Source of the DNA: Gammaproteobacteria bacterium
GTDB taxonomy: Bacteria; Pseudomonadota; Gammaproteobacteria; Eutrophobiales; Eutrophobiaceae
Length of the DNA: 64,000 nucleotides
NCBI GenBank assembly: GCA_965116495.1
Contig: OZ220696.1
Span: forward strand, 1,632,001-1,696,000
Direction: 5' to 3'
Position 1 is the first letter of the stretch. Every line of letters begins with the position of its first letter. Below are positions 31,232 to 41,283 of the stretch, piece by piece. The notes below the pieces were generated by a model. It was not told where the DNA came from, did no database searches, and saw only the letters and a program-made list of their open reading frames with translations. The position numbers and the translations under genes were made by a program.

Positions 31232-32086
31232 CTAATCCCCCAGCAACTTTTCTATAAACACCATTTGTTCCGACTTTATCAGTTGTTTGTCAACGTCGCC
31301 GGGAAAACGCCTGACGTAGTTACCTCCCTGTGGAAATTCCTTCCATTTGTTTCCCGTGGAAAATGCAAATACGTCGGCGCTCTGTATATCCAGTTTCACC
31401 TTGCCGTCTGATAAGTCACCCAAGTGCCCGGCAATGCTTAACAAAGCCATTTTCCTGGGTTTGTCCACCCGATCAAATTCCAGTACGCGAAAGATATCTT
31501 TGGCCTGCTCATAGGTATAGCCGACAGATTCAACCCTGTTCAAATATCCCATCATCATGCCGAACAGTAACCGCGCAGATACCGGATTCAAGTAGTCCTT
31601 ACTGCCGACGTCAAGGACAGTGTGTATGACAGCAGGCTTTATACCTTTGTCAACAGATACATGGCACAACAAAAGAACACTGTCCTGAAAATAGATATAC
31701 CCGATCATCGATGCCAGGGAAATAACGTCTTTACCGGTAGCATCCGCGGTCATGCTCAGGCGGGCATTGATGGAAATGCCCGATACGCCCTGGTAGCCGC
31801 CCTGGGTAATCAGTGTATCCCCGAACTTTATCCTGTTAACAAGGCCCGGGCTGATAGTCAGGATTGATTCAAGACGTTTACTCTCGGCCCGTGACAGCGT
31901 TTTGCGCTGTTCCCAGTTCAATCCGGAAACCGTGTCAAAAACTTTACCCTCTACCCGGCCGGCCGCATCCCTGTTTGGGAATACCGCGTAGAATAATTCA
32001 CAATCAGGGCTTGATAAATCATCCGCAGCGGCGAAAACAGCTATTGGAAAAAGAAAAAGTAAGCTTACTCTTGCCAGGCCGGACAT
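31232..32086 (-). CDS. Hypothetical exported protein
   Basis: 284-aa ORF with signal peptide; no family recognised. Confidence 0.65.
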   Translation of the reverse strand: MSGLARVSLLFLFPIAVFAAADDLSSPDCELFYAVFPNRDAAGRVEGKVFDTVSGLNWEQRKTLSRAESKRLESILTISPGLVNRIKFGDTLITQGGYQGVSGISINARLSMTADATGKDVISLASMIGYIYFQDSVLLLCHVSVDKGIKPAVIHTVLDVGSKDYLNPVSARLLFGMMMGYLNRVESVGYTYEQAKDIFRVLEFDRVDKPRKMALLSIAGHLGDLSDGKVKLDIQSADVFAFSTGNKWKEFPQGGNYVRRFPGDVDKQLIKSEQMVFIEKLLGD

Positions 32087-32132
32087 AATTTTCTTCTATA
32101 CATAACAACATAAATAATGCCGCATCATGGTT

Positions 32133-32238
32133 CGTCATTCCCTCTCGTCCGTCATTCCCGAGAATGCGGGAATCCAGTAGACAAAACTCCTTATAAGGGA
32201 CGTTCGCTCACTGGATTCCCGCATTCGCGGAAACGACG
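32133..32238. repeat. CGTC-type REP doublet (REPIN-like) with duplicated left end
   Basis: cgtcattccctctcgtc-cgtcattcccgagaatgcgggaatccag...ctggattcccgcattcgcggaaacgacg. Confidence 0.85.
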
Positions 32239-32265
32239 AACGTGGCGTGATTTATGACGTTACAT

Positions 32266-34722
32266 TTAATAACTGAAACTTGTCCTAACGTAAACGAAAC
32301 GGCCATTAACGCCAATAGGCGAAAGCACATCATACGGCAGGTTGCCGAAATAGCTGATGTCGAATATCGATAAGTCAGGATACTCATCAAGGAGGTTATT
32401 TGCCCCTGCCGAAATACGCCAGTTATCGTTGATTGCATATTCAACATCGGCATCGACAGACCATTCAGCGCCATAGACCTGCTGCGGCTCAAAACCGCCG
32501 CCAAAATCAAATATCCGTTCCGTTTCGCCGAAACGCGTCGCTCTCACCAGGGCGGAAATGGTTTCGTTGGACCATGATCCGGTGAGAATCAGCTTATCTT
32601 CCGGCGCTGCCGTCTCGTAGGTGTTCTGCTCTTCGATACCCATAATCACCCGGTTCGGATTATTGACGATATCAGTATCGGTGTTGTTATACGCAACCGA
32701 GAGATTCCAGCCCTCGTGCCGGTAGGCTGCAACCACGTCAAAGCCGGTGGTTTCCGTATCTGCAACATTGGTAAAAAACCGGACTCCGCCAACACCGGGC
32801 ACACCGCCTACAGGTATATTCTGGGACAGTGCAATCCGATCATCGATATCCACTTCGAAGTAATCAAAGGTCAGACTGAGACCGTTCTCATGGGACCAGG
32901 TAAAACCGATGCTTTTACTCAGTGATTCTTCAGCATCAAGAGCCTCAGCCCCGTTCTCCCGGGCAATCGGATGGGTCACGGGCAGGCTCAACGTTCTTAC
33001 CAGCGCGCCGCCGGTACCGTAACTGGTCGTCGTGCCGGTAAAAAAAGCCTGTGCCAGAGAAGGCGCCCTGAACCCGGTGCTGACACTTGCGCGCACGGCA
33101 AAGCCCGGGAACAGCTCATACCGGGCCGCAGCCTTACCGTTAACCGTATCGCCGAAATCATCGTAATCTTCAAACCTGCCCGCCACTGAGAACAGCAGGT
33201 CATCAGTAATATCAAACTCCAGGTCGATATAGGCCGACCAGGAAAACCGGTCATCATCGACTTCATCAGCCGGCGTCAATCCCGGACCGCTCTGTGCGCC
33301 GATCTTGGCCGTATCGCTGTTACCGAAGGTGATACAGACCGCACAAGCTACGGCGTTCCCTGCGATATAGGATTCCGGGTCACCTGGCTTTGTGCTGTAA
33401 TCCTCAAACCGAAACTCCAGGCCTGTAGCGGCATTTACCGGTATGGCGCCGAGTTCCATCCCCCTGGAAACATCAAAATTCAGCACAGTCTGCGAATATT
33501 CATACTCGCCCCGGTAAAATTCGGTCGGGCTCGCCTCGCCCAGCGATGAGTTGATAGTGTTCTTTACACCGTCGGAAAACTCGTTGAAACCGTGTACTAC
33601 GCTCGCATCGACCAGCCAGCCGCCGGACAACTCGCCGGTGATACCGCCGGCTACGGAGAAGTCAGTGATATCTGCATCACTTATCGGCAAAAACCCGTTG
33701 GGATATACTGAAGCTACCGTATTCGCGCTGACCGGATAACGAAAGAAGTTGTAGCCCTCTCCGTCACGCTCCGAGTAACTGCCGAAACTGTATAGCTCGA
33801 AGCCTGGACTCAAATCAAAACCGGCGTTATACATCAGGTTTATATCACTTGATTCACCATCGCCTTCCCGATAGTTTCGCATGCCTGCCAGGGCATCATT
33901 CGGGGCGGCCTCCGGTGTCCCGCTGGAAGGGATCGGCGCGATGAATTCCGCAAACCCAATCGTCGGCAACTGGTCGAAACTTGACCGGTTGGTCGATGAT
34001 CTGTCACGGTATTCCGCACTGAGGTTAAGGAAGCCGTTGGCAAAAGAAAACCCGTGGTTCGCACTGACGGTCACCGTTTCTCCGTCCGTGATATTCTTGT
34101 CGACCGGTTTCAGGTCAGTGATGTGGCCCCCATACGAAACCGAGATATCGCCCCCTTCGGTATTGTCTTTGAGGACGATGTTAATGACACCGGCAATGGC
34201 ATCCGAACCGTACTGGGCTGCCGCGCCATCCCGTAATACCTCGATGCGCTCAATCGCACTGGTGGGGATATTATTGAAATCCACTGCCGCACTGCCCCTG
34301 CCTACCTTCGATTCGGTACTGATGACCGAATTGGCATGGCGTCGCTTCCCATTGACCAGGACCAGCACCTGGTCCGGACTCAAACCCCTTAATTGCGCCG
34401 ACCTGACGATATCGGTATGGCCGGAGTTGGATTGGCGCGGCATGCTGAAAGAGGCAACGGCAGCCTGTAACAAGCCACCCAGTTCTCCGGCAATATTAGG
34501 CGACCTGACCAGGTCATCCGCGGTAATGATATCGACCGGGACCAGGCTGTCTTCAACGGAGCGGGCTTGAGAACGGGTGCCGATAGTAACGATTTCTTCA
34601 AGCTCGTGTTCTGCAGCAGGCCGGGATTCCTGTGCAACCAACTGAAATGTATGGATATTCAGTGATAATAAAGTGATAACGGGAAGCGTTATCAGGCTAT
34701 TCAATAATTTCATCTTATTCAC
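32266..34722 (-). CDS. TonB-dependent receptor
   Basis: LEEIVTIGTR, LRGLSPDQVLVLVNGKRRH, ERIEVLRDGAAAQYGSDAIAGVINI; aromatic C-terminus. Confidence 0.95.
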   Translation of the reverse strand: MNKMKLLNSLITLPVITLLSLNIHTFQLVAQESRPAAEHELEEIVTIGTRSQARSVEDSLVPVDIITADDLVRSPNIAGELGGLLQAAVASFSMPRQSNSGHTDIVRSAQLRGLSPDQVLVLVNGKRRHANSVISTESKVGRGSAAVDFNNIPTSAIERIEVLRDGAAAQYGSDAIAGVINIVLKDNTEGGDISVSYGGHITDLKPVDKNITDGETVTVSANHGFSFANGFLNLSAEYRDRSSTNRSSFDQLPTIGFAEFIAPIPSSGTPEAAPNDALAGMRNYREGDGESSDINLMYNAGFDLSPGFELYSFGSYSERDGEGYNFFRYPVSANTVASVYPNGFLPISDADITDFSVAGGITGELSGGWLVDASVVHGFNEFSDGVKNTINSSLGEASPTEFYRGEYEYSQTVLNFDVSRGMELGAIPVNAATGLEFRFEDYSTKPGDPESYIAGNAVACAVCITFGNSDTAKIGAQSGPGLTPADEVDDDRFSWSAYIDLEFDITDDLLFSVAGRFEDYDDFGDTVNGKAAARYELFPGFAVRASVSTGFRAPSLAQAFFTGTTTSYGTGGALVRTLSLPVTHPIARENGAEALDAEESLSKSIGFTWSHENGLSLTFDYFEVDIDDRIALSQNIPVGGVPGVGGVRFFTNVADTETTGFDVVAAYRHEGWNLSVAYNNTDTDIVNNPNRVIMGIEEQNTYETAAPEDKLILTGSWSNETISALVRATRFGETERIFDFGGGFEPQQVYGAEWSVDADVEYAINDNWRISAGANNLLDEYPDLSIFDISYFGNLPYDVLSPIGVNGRFVYVRTSFSY

Positions 34723-34893
34723 TCCTGATAGTTTCCTGGTTAATGCCTGGAGAGAGCAACGTTATCTTGTCGTACATGGAACCGTATTATATACATTTTG
34801 TTCACCTTGTGATATGCCGGGTCAAGCCCGGCATGGCCGCGGGAGGTTATACTGGTCTGACCCGGGAAGTATTTATTTGCTATACTGTCGGAC

Positions 34894-35892
34894 ATGAAGC
34901 ACGAAGACATATTAGTGGATAATTTCGGCCGAACGGTGGACTATGTCCGTATCTCGGTAACGGATCGTTGTGACTTCCGTTGCGTGTACTGTATGGACGA
35001 AGAGATGCAGTTCGTTCCCCGGGCCAGGTTGCTGTCCCTGGAAGAAATTTCGGTCATCGCCCGGGCGTTTACCGAGCTGGGGGTCAGCAAGATACGCATT
35101 ACCGGCGGCGAACCGTTGATCAGGCGGAATATCACCAAGTTGTTCTATGATATCGGTGAGCTGGAAGGCTTGCAGGAACTGACTCTCACCACCAACGGTT
35201 CGCAATTACCGAACCTGGCAGTCGAACTGAGAGAAGCCGGGGTGAAACGCATCAACATCAGCCTGGACTCGCTCGACCCGGATAAATTCAGACGCCTGAC
35301 CCGCATCGGTGAACTGGACAAGGTGCTCGCCGGGATAGACGCGGCTGAGGCAGCCGGGTTTGAAAAAATCAAGATCAACTCCGTCATTCTTAAAAACCGC
35401 AACGATGATGAAGTACTGGACCTGGTCGGGTTTGCCGCGGCGCGCGGTATGGATATCAGTTTCATCGAAGAAATGCCCCTGGGCGTGATTGGCGACCATG
35501 ACCGTGCCGAGGCCTATTATTCGAGTGACGAGATCAGGGTCGACCTGGAACAACGCTATACCCTGTTGCCGACTACCGAGACGACCGGCGGTCCGTCGCG
35601 CTATTACAGGATAATCGAAACCAATACCCGAGTGGGCTTCATCTCGCCCCACAGCCATAACTTCTGCGATAGTTGCAACCGCGTCAGGCTCACCTGCGAG
35701 GGACGGCTGCTGCTCTGTCTCGGCCAGGAACACTCCGTGGACCTACGCCAGGTCATCAGGACCCACCCCGGCGACATGGACAGGTTAAAACAGGCATTGC
35801 GCGCATCCATGGACATCAAACCCAAGGGACATGAATTCGATCTCTCAATCAAACCTGTCATTTTCCGTCATATGAATATGACGGGAGGTTAA
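34894..35892 (+). CDS. moaA: GTP 3',8-cyclase
   Basis: CDFRCVYC, FCDSCNRVR, C-terminal GG. Confidence 0.97.
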   Translation: MKHEDILVDNFGRTVDYVRISVTDRCDFRCVYCMDEEMQFVPRARLLSLEEISVIARAFTELGVSKIRITGGEPLIRRNITKLFYDIGELEGLQELTLTTNGSQLPNLAVELREAGVKRINISLDSLDPDKFRRLTRIGELDKVLAGIDAAEAAGFEKIKINSVILKNRNDDEVLDLVGFAAARGMDISFIEEMPLGVIGDHDRAEAYYSSDEIRVDLEQRYTLLPTTETTGGPSRYYRIIETNTRVGFISPHSHNFCDSCNRVRLTCEGRLLLCLGQEHSVDLRQVIRTHPGDMDRLKQALRASMDIKPKGHEFDLSIKPVIFRHMNMTGG

Positions 35893-36756
35893 ATGCCTTC
35901 CGCATCATATCGGCCGGCGATGTCCAGGGCCGGCATCGATCCTACCATTGCCGTCGAGGCGGTTGACGAGTTCCGGAATACCCGGGAAATGTATATCGCC
36001 GACGAACGGCCCCTGACCATCTACGTTGACAGCTACGAGATCGTCACCCTGATGACACTGGGGAAAACCCCGGAATTGCTGACCCTGGGCTACCTGAAGA
36101 ACCAGGGTATCGTAGAGGACATCAGCGAAATCCGATCAGTACAGGTCGATTGGGAGGTGAATGCCGCGGCTGTGACGACCTGGTCGGAAAGAGACGACTG
36201 GAAAGAGCGGCTGGGCCCGAGGATTGTGACGACGGGTTGCGGCCAGGGGACGGTTTACGGCAATATCCTGGAACAGCTCGACCAGATAGAATTACCCGTC
36301 ACGCGCCTGCGGCAATCGGACGTCTATGCCCTGTTAAAAAACCTGGCGCATCATAACGACGTTTACAAAAGCGCCGGCGCCGTGCATGGCTGCGCTTTAT
36401 GCACCGGCACGGAAGTAGCCATTTTCATCGAGGACGTGGGCCGCCACAACGCGGTGGACGCCATCGCCGGGCAAATGTGGATAGAAGGCATACCCGGCCA
36501 TGACAAGTTGTTCTATACCACGGGCCGCCTGACGTCTGAAATGGTGATGAAAGTGGCGCAGATGGGTATCCCTGCCCTGTTGTCCCGTTCGGGGATTACC
36601 CAGATGGGGCTCAAGCTCGCTATGGATTTTGGCGTTATCCTGTTCTCCCGGGCCCAGGGGAAACATTTCCTCGTCTATAACGGCGCCGAGCACATTGATT
36701 TTGACGTGTCCCTGCCGCCGAAGCGCGCAGTTGCAAACCTGAAAAGTGCCGGCTGA
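35893..36756 (+). CDS. fdhD: Formate dehydrogenase accessory sulfurtransferase
   Basis: TTGCGQG, GAVHGC, EDVGRHNAVD, TGRLTSEMV. Confidence 0.95.
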   Translation: MPSASYRPAMSRAGIDPTIAVEAVDEFRNTREMYIADERPLTIYVDSYEIVTLMTLGKTPELLTLGYLKNQGIVEDISEIRSVQVDWEVNAAAVTTWSERDDWKERLGPRIVTTGCGQGTVYGNILEQLDQIELPVTRLRQSDVYALLKNLAHHNDVYKSAGAVHGCALCTGTEVAIFIEDVGRHNAVDAIAGQMWIEGIPGHDKLFYTTGRLTSEMVMKVAQMGIPALLSRSGITQMGLKLAMDFGVILFSRAQGKHFLVYNGAEHIDFDVSLPPKRAVANLKSAG

Positions 36757-37369
36757 ATACTCTGCGGGTCACAAGGTGCCGAAAACCGAGATTACCGGCG
36801 TTATCCTGGCCGGAGGCGAAGCAAGACGCATGGGCGGCGGTGACAAAGGCCTGGTGGAGTTGTGCGGCAAGCCCTTGGTCGAACACGCGCTGGCCGCTTT
36901 ATCCCCCCAGGTTAATGCAATTATCATCAATGCAAACCGCAACCATGACCGCTATGGCGCTTATGGCTACCCCGTCATAGCGGATAACAGGCAAGGTTTT
37001 CAAGGTCCCCTGGCCGGCATGTTGAGCTGCCTTGGAGCAACAAAGACGGAGTTCATGGTTTCGGCTCCCTGCGATTCGCCGTTGCTTCCGGATGACCTGG
37101 TGGCCCGCTTGTTCAGACAATTGAGCGATGATGAGGCGGAAATCAGCGTTGCCCATAACGGTGACAGAATTCAGCCGGTGTTTACGCTCATGCCGGTCTC
37201 CCTGGCCCCCTCCATGCGGGCATTTCTCGATGGCGGCGGTCGCAAGATAGACCGCTGGTTCGAGCAACACAGGCTGGCAGTGACCGATTTTTCCGACAAA
37301 CCGGAGTGCTTCAGGAATATCAACAACCCGGCTGAACTGGCGCAGATGGAGGCGCAGTTGGATGACTGA
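36746..37369 (+). CDS. mobA: Molybdenum cofactor guanylyltransferase
   Basis: ILAGGEARRMGGGDKG, GPLAG, PCDSP, NIN. Confidence 0.95.
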   Translation: MPAEYSAGHKVPKTEITGVILAGGEARRMGGGDKGLVELCGKPLVEHALAALSPQVNAIIINANRNHDRYGAYGYPVIADNRQGFQGPLAGMLSCLGATKTEFMVSAPCDSPLLPDDLVARLFRQLSDDEAEISVAHNGDRIQPVFTLMPVSLAPSMRAFLDGGGRKIDRWFEQHRLAVTDFSDKPECFRNINNPAELAQMEAQLDD

Positions 37370-37901
37370 AATTCCGGATATTCCTTTAATCGGCTTCGCT
37401 GCCTACAGCGGCACCGGAAAAACAACCCTGCTGGTCAACCTGCTGGGTATTTTTATCTCCCGAAACCTGCGCGTGGGCGTCATCAAACATGCCCACCACA
37501 CTTTCGAGATCGATTACCCGGGGAAGGACAGTTATGAACTCCGCAAGGCCGGCGCCAGCCAGGTATTGATCGGATCGCGCAAGCGCTGGGCGCTGCTGGT
37601 CGAAAACCGGGGCGAGGATGATAAACCACTGGAATACCACATCAGGAACCTGGACCTGGAAAACCTGGACCTGATCCTGGTGGAAGGGTTCAAGCCCGAA
37701 GCCATCCCGAAGATTGAGTTGCATCGTCCGACCCTGGGACATCATTTCCTGTACCCGGGTGATGAGAGTATCATAGCTGTTGCGACTGACGCAGAGTTAT
37801 CCGTCGATATGGGATTGCCGATTCTGGACTTGAATGACCCACAGCAGATCGCGCATTTTATTATTGACCGTTACAATTTGGAAGAAAGGGGACAGGTTTG
37901 A
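37362..37901 (+). CDS. mobB: Molybdopterin-guanine dinucleotide biosynthesis protein B
   Basis: YSGTGKTTL, KHAHH, GKDS..LRKAGA, VEGFK. Confidence 0.95.
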   Translation: MTEIPDIPLIGFAAYSGTGKTTLLVNLLGIFISRNLRVGVIKHAHHTFEIDYPGKDSYELRKAGASQVLIGSRKRWALLVENRGEDDKPLEYHIRNLDLENLDLILVEGFKPEAIPKIELHRPTLGHHFLYPGDESIIAVATDAELSVDMGLPILDLNDPQQIAHFIIDRYNLEERGQV

Positions 37902-38021
37902 ACATCGTGAACACCGGGGACAGACCCTTGCTTACAACATGCAGGGGCAAGCTTAAATCTGTTGGGCGCCGGGGACAGACCCCTGCTTACAACATGTAGG
38001 GGCATGCTTAAATCTGTCCCC
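37888..38021 (+). repeat. Tandem GGGGACAG-family elements (one half copy plus two with hairpin insert)
   Basis: Half copy at 37888 contains the mobB stop; filled copies 37916-37962 and 37971-38021. Confidence 0.88.
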
Positions 38022-38042
38022 ACTGATATCATTATTGACACA

Positions 38043-39302
38043 ATGAAGATTGAAAAAGACCCAAGTTGCAGGGATGACTTTGACCCGAAGTCGCTATCGG
38101 CTGATGCCGCCCTGGGACAGATAAAGTCCGGGGCCGTGCGTATCAAGGGGATTGAAAAGATTGCAATTCGGGCGGCGCTGAACCGGATACTGGCCGAAGA
38201 CATCCGTTCCCACATCAACGTGCCCACCGGCACCAACTCCGCCATGGACGGTTATGCAGTCAACAGCGGGGATATTCCTGCCGGCGGCAGTGCCGAGTTG
38301 AGTGTGCTGGGTACGGCCTGGGCAGGCCAGCCCTTCGACGGCAAGCTGACCGCCGGGAGCTGCGTACGCATCATGACCGGGGCAATCATGCCGGACGGCG
38401 CCGATACTGTGATTATCCAGGAAGACGTGCAGGTCACCGGTTCCGGCATAATCATCGACGACGCCACCAGGAAAGGCGATAACGTGCGCCAGGCAGGCGA
38501 AGACATTGCCGCAGGCGACCTTATCCTGACCAGGGGGCGGCGCCTGAACCCTGCAGATATCGGCCTGATTGCCTCCCTGGGCATTGCCGAGGTGTGCGTG
38601 GTACGGCGCTTGCGGGTGGCGTTCTTTTCAACGGGAGATGAGTTGCGTTCCATCGGGGAAACCCTGAGTGACGGCGCGATTTATGACAGCAACCGCTACA
38701 CTTTGTACGGCATGCTGGAACGGATGGGCGCTGATATCATCGACATGGGCGTCATAAAAGATGACCGGGACGACCTGGAAGAGGCTTTCTCCATCGCAGC
38801 CGCCAATGCCGACGTCCTGATTACTTCGGGCGGCGTATCCGTGGGCGAGGCGGATTACATCAAGGAAATACTGGCCAAACTGGGGAAAGTCGACTTCTGG
38901 AAGGTAGCCATCAAACCCGGCCGGCCGCTTGCATTCGGCCAGGTAGGCAATGCCGTCTTTTTCGGACTGCCGGGCAATCCCGTTTCCGTGATGGTCACCT
39001 TTTACGAATTCGTTCAGCCGGCGTTGCGGAAAATGATCGGAGAAGACGACGCGGGGATTTTGTCCTTGCGGGCACGCTGCGATTCCGGGCTGAAAAAGCG
39101 CCCGGGCAGGGTTGAATACCAGCGCGGCATCCTGCAAAAAGACCAGGACGGCAACCTCGTGGTGGTGAAGACCGGCGCCCAGGGTTCCGGCATCCTGCGG
39201 TCAATGTCCCAGGCAAACTGTTTCATCATCCTCCCCATTGACTCAGCCGGCGTGGAACCGGGAGCTTTTGTCGATATACAACCTTTCTCCGGGCTTGTTT
39301 GA
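38043..39302 (+). CDS. moeA: Molybdopterin molybdotransferase
   Basis: SAMDGYA, IMTGA, STGDEL, SGGVSVG, KPGRP, GLPGNP. Confidence 0.96.
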   Translation: MKIEKDPSCRDDFDPKSLSADAALGQIKSGAVRIKGIEKIAIRAALNRILAEDIRSHINVPTGTNSAMDGYAVNSGDIPAGGSAELSVLGTAWAGQPFDGKLTAGSCVRIMTGAIMPDGADTVIIQEDVQVTGSGIIIDDATRKGDNVRQAGEDIAAGDLILTRGRRLNPADIGLIASLGIAEVCVVRRLRVAFFSTGDELRSIGETLSDGAIYDSNRYTLYGMLERMGADIIDMGVIKDDRDDLEEAFSIAAANADVLITSGGVSVGEADYIKEILAKLGKVDFWKVAIKPGRPLAFGQVGNAVFFGLPGNPVSVMVTFYEFVQPALRKMIGEDDAGILSLRARCDSGLKKRPGRVEYQRGILQKDQDGNLVVVKTGAQGSGILRSMSQANCFIILPIDSAGVEPGAFVDIQPFSGLV

Positions 39303-39480
39303 AATCTGTCGCTGACGCGATTGTCCGTTTCACTGGATTCCGGATCAAACCCGGAATGGTTTACATTCTCAATAGCCATTCCTGCGAAAGCAGAGTAGTG
39401 GCACAAGGATGTGCCGCCAACGAAGCATACGACGCAAATCCAGCAATCTTACAGGCCTCCTCAGGCGGCATATTATTGTT

Positions 39481-40410
39481 TTACAACTCAATATGCATGC
39501 CGTCGTAAGATACTTCCCAACCGGCATCTTCAACTATTCTGCGCTCTCTACTGTTGGCAAACAGTATAGGGTTGGTCGTATTGATGTGGATAAATATCTT
39601 CCTGCCAATACCCAGGTCTTTCAGGGCGGCGAGTGTGCCGTCCTTTCCCGAGACGCTGATATGTCCCATTCGCTGACCTGTTTTTATCCCCACGCCGTCG
39701 CGGATCATCTCATCATCCACCCATAAAGTGCCGTCAAAGAAAATCAGGTCGGCACCGGAAATCCTCTCGGCCAGTTCCGGCGTCACCCGCGCGCAGGCCG
39801 GCATGTAATAAAAAGACTTCCCGTTGTTTTTGTCTTCCACATACAGGGCAATGGTATCCTCATCCACGGAACCGAAGTCCTTTCCCTTGCTCTCATCTTC
39901 AAGCCACAGCGCCACCTTGCCCGGCACGGCGAATGGGGTCACTTCCACACCCATGGCACTGCCGTCCGGTTTCAATAACTCCAGGGGTTCGTTCAGCGCC
40001 ATAGCCTCGCGGCTGACGAATTTCGGGTTCAGCACATTGAATATCGTATTGGCATGGAGCACACCCAGCACTCTTTGGGTGGCATAGATCCGCAGGGGTT
40101 GTGACTCACGTAAATTCAACAACCCCGCCACGTGGTCCACGTCGGCATTGGTCAATATTACACCCATGATCGGACTGTGGCGCAGGTCTTTTTTCGGATG
40201 CAGGATATCATTGTCGTTGATTTGCTGGCGCAGGTCCGGGGAAGCATTGAACAGGTACCAGTCCTCCCCATCGGCGCTGATCGCGATGGACGACTGGGTG
40301 CGCTGCGGGGCTGCCGGGTCATCCTGCCTGGCGCGCCTGCTGTTCGGATGGTTACAATTCCACTGTGGATAGCCGCCGCCGGCGGCGGCACCCAATACCC
40401 TGATATACAT
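39481..40410 (-). CDS. pqqB: Pyrroloquinoline quinone biosynthesis protein B
   Basis: LGAAAGGGYPQWNC, RTQSS, NASPD, FDGTLW, RMGH, IHINTTNP. Confidence 0.96.
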   Translation of the reverse strand: MYIRVLGAAAGGGYPQWNCNHPNSRRARQDDPAAPQRTQSSIAISADGEDWYLFNASPDLRQQINDNDILHPKKDLRHSPIMGVILTNADVDHVAGLLNLRESQPLRIYATQRVLGVLHANTIFNVLNPKFVSREAMALNEPLELLKPDGSAMGVEVTPFAVPGKVALWLEDESKGKDFGSVDEDTIALYVEDKNNGKSFYYMPACARVTPELAERISGADLIFFDGTLWVDDEMIRDGVGIKTGQRMGHISVSGKDGTLAALKDLGIGRKIFIHINTTNPILFANSRERRIVEDAGWEVSYDGMHIEL

Positions 40411-40433
40411 TATTATCTGGACTCCTCAATTGG

Positions 40434-40524
40434 TTAATATTTGGGATCAGAGTAAAAATAGCCAACCATGAATTTGCACATCCGACCAAGAGAACCGTAT
40501 TTTTACTCTGACCCCGAATATTAA
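40434..40524. repeat. GGTCAGAGTAAAA-family inverted repeat (second copy 41774-41809)
   Basis: gggatcagagtaaaaata...tatttttactctgacccc; ggtcagagtaaaatat-catc-atattttactctgacc. Confidence 0.8.
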
Positions 40525-40964
40525 GATGAATAACCTGAGGTATTCCGGTCAACCCAGCGTTCCCCGCTCTTGACCGCTTCCTTTTTCCAGAACGGCGCCC
40601 TGTGTTTCAAGTCCTCGATGATGAAACGGGTCGCGTCAATTGCATCGCCGCGATGGGCCGCCCAGGTCGCTACCAGTACGATATCTTCGCCTACTTCGAT
40701 GTCCCCGGTGCGATGCAGGAGCAGGATATCGTGTACCGCCCACTGGTTTTCCGCCTGCTCGCAGATCTCTTCCAGGTGCTTTTCCGTCATGCCCGGATAA
40801 TGCTCCAGGGTCATGTTGCGGACTTCCTCACCTTCGTTGAAGTCCCGCATGGTGCCGATGAAGATACTGGTAGCGCCGGATTTGCCGGGATTGCCGCCGG
40901 CCGCGCGGTAATCCCTGACTTCTGCCACAGCATCGAAGGGCGCCGGCCTCAATTCAACCTGCAT
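40521..40964 (-). CDS. moaE: Molybdopterin synthase catalytic subunit
   Basis: FIGTMRD, LEHYPGMT, HRTG, AHRG, LKHRAPFWKKE. Confidence 0.96.
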   Translation of the reverse strand: MQVELRPAPFDAVAEVRDYRAAGGNPGKSGATSIFIGTMRDFNEGEEVRNMTLEHYPGMTEKHLEEICEQAENQWAVHDILLLHRTGDIEVGEDIVLVATWAAHRGDAIDATRFIIEDLKHRAPFWKKEAVKSGERWVDRNTSGYSS

Positions 40965-40974
40965 GGCGACGCGT

Positions 40975-41208
40975 CTATCCTCCGGTAACAGGAGGAAAGA
41001 AGGCGACTTCATCCCCCTCCTTGAGTTCGGGGTCGCCCTTTACATGTTCCATGTTGACGGCCACCAACATCGCTGCGGGCATTGCATCATCACCGCTGGC
41101 CCGGTTCCAGACGTCCGAAACCCTGAGGCCGGGCCTGAAGTCCACCTGGTCCTCGGCGCGCCCCATTTCCTCACGGATGCGGGCAAAAAACTTTATTTTT
41201 ATTGACAT
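40975..41208 (-). CDS. moaD: Molybdopterin synthase sulfur carrier
   Basis: KFFARIRE, AVN, GDEVAFFPPVTGG. Confidence 0.96.
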   Translation of the reverse strand: MSIKIKFFARIREEMGRAEDQVDFRPGLRVSDVWNRASGDDAMPAAMLVAVNMEHVKGDPELKEGDEVAFFPPVTGG

Positions 41209-41283
41209 CGTATGCCGTTCTGAGTATCAACCTGATAATGTATGACGTATTATAAACCCATAAGAGACCAGAGATAACCATTT

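Noticed and set aside
37962-38042. Extended N-termini of moeA (and of moaB, 23567-23620) from the ORF track
   Set aside because: Extensions are translated repeat sequence; better downstream starts exist
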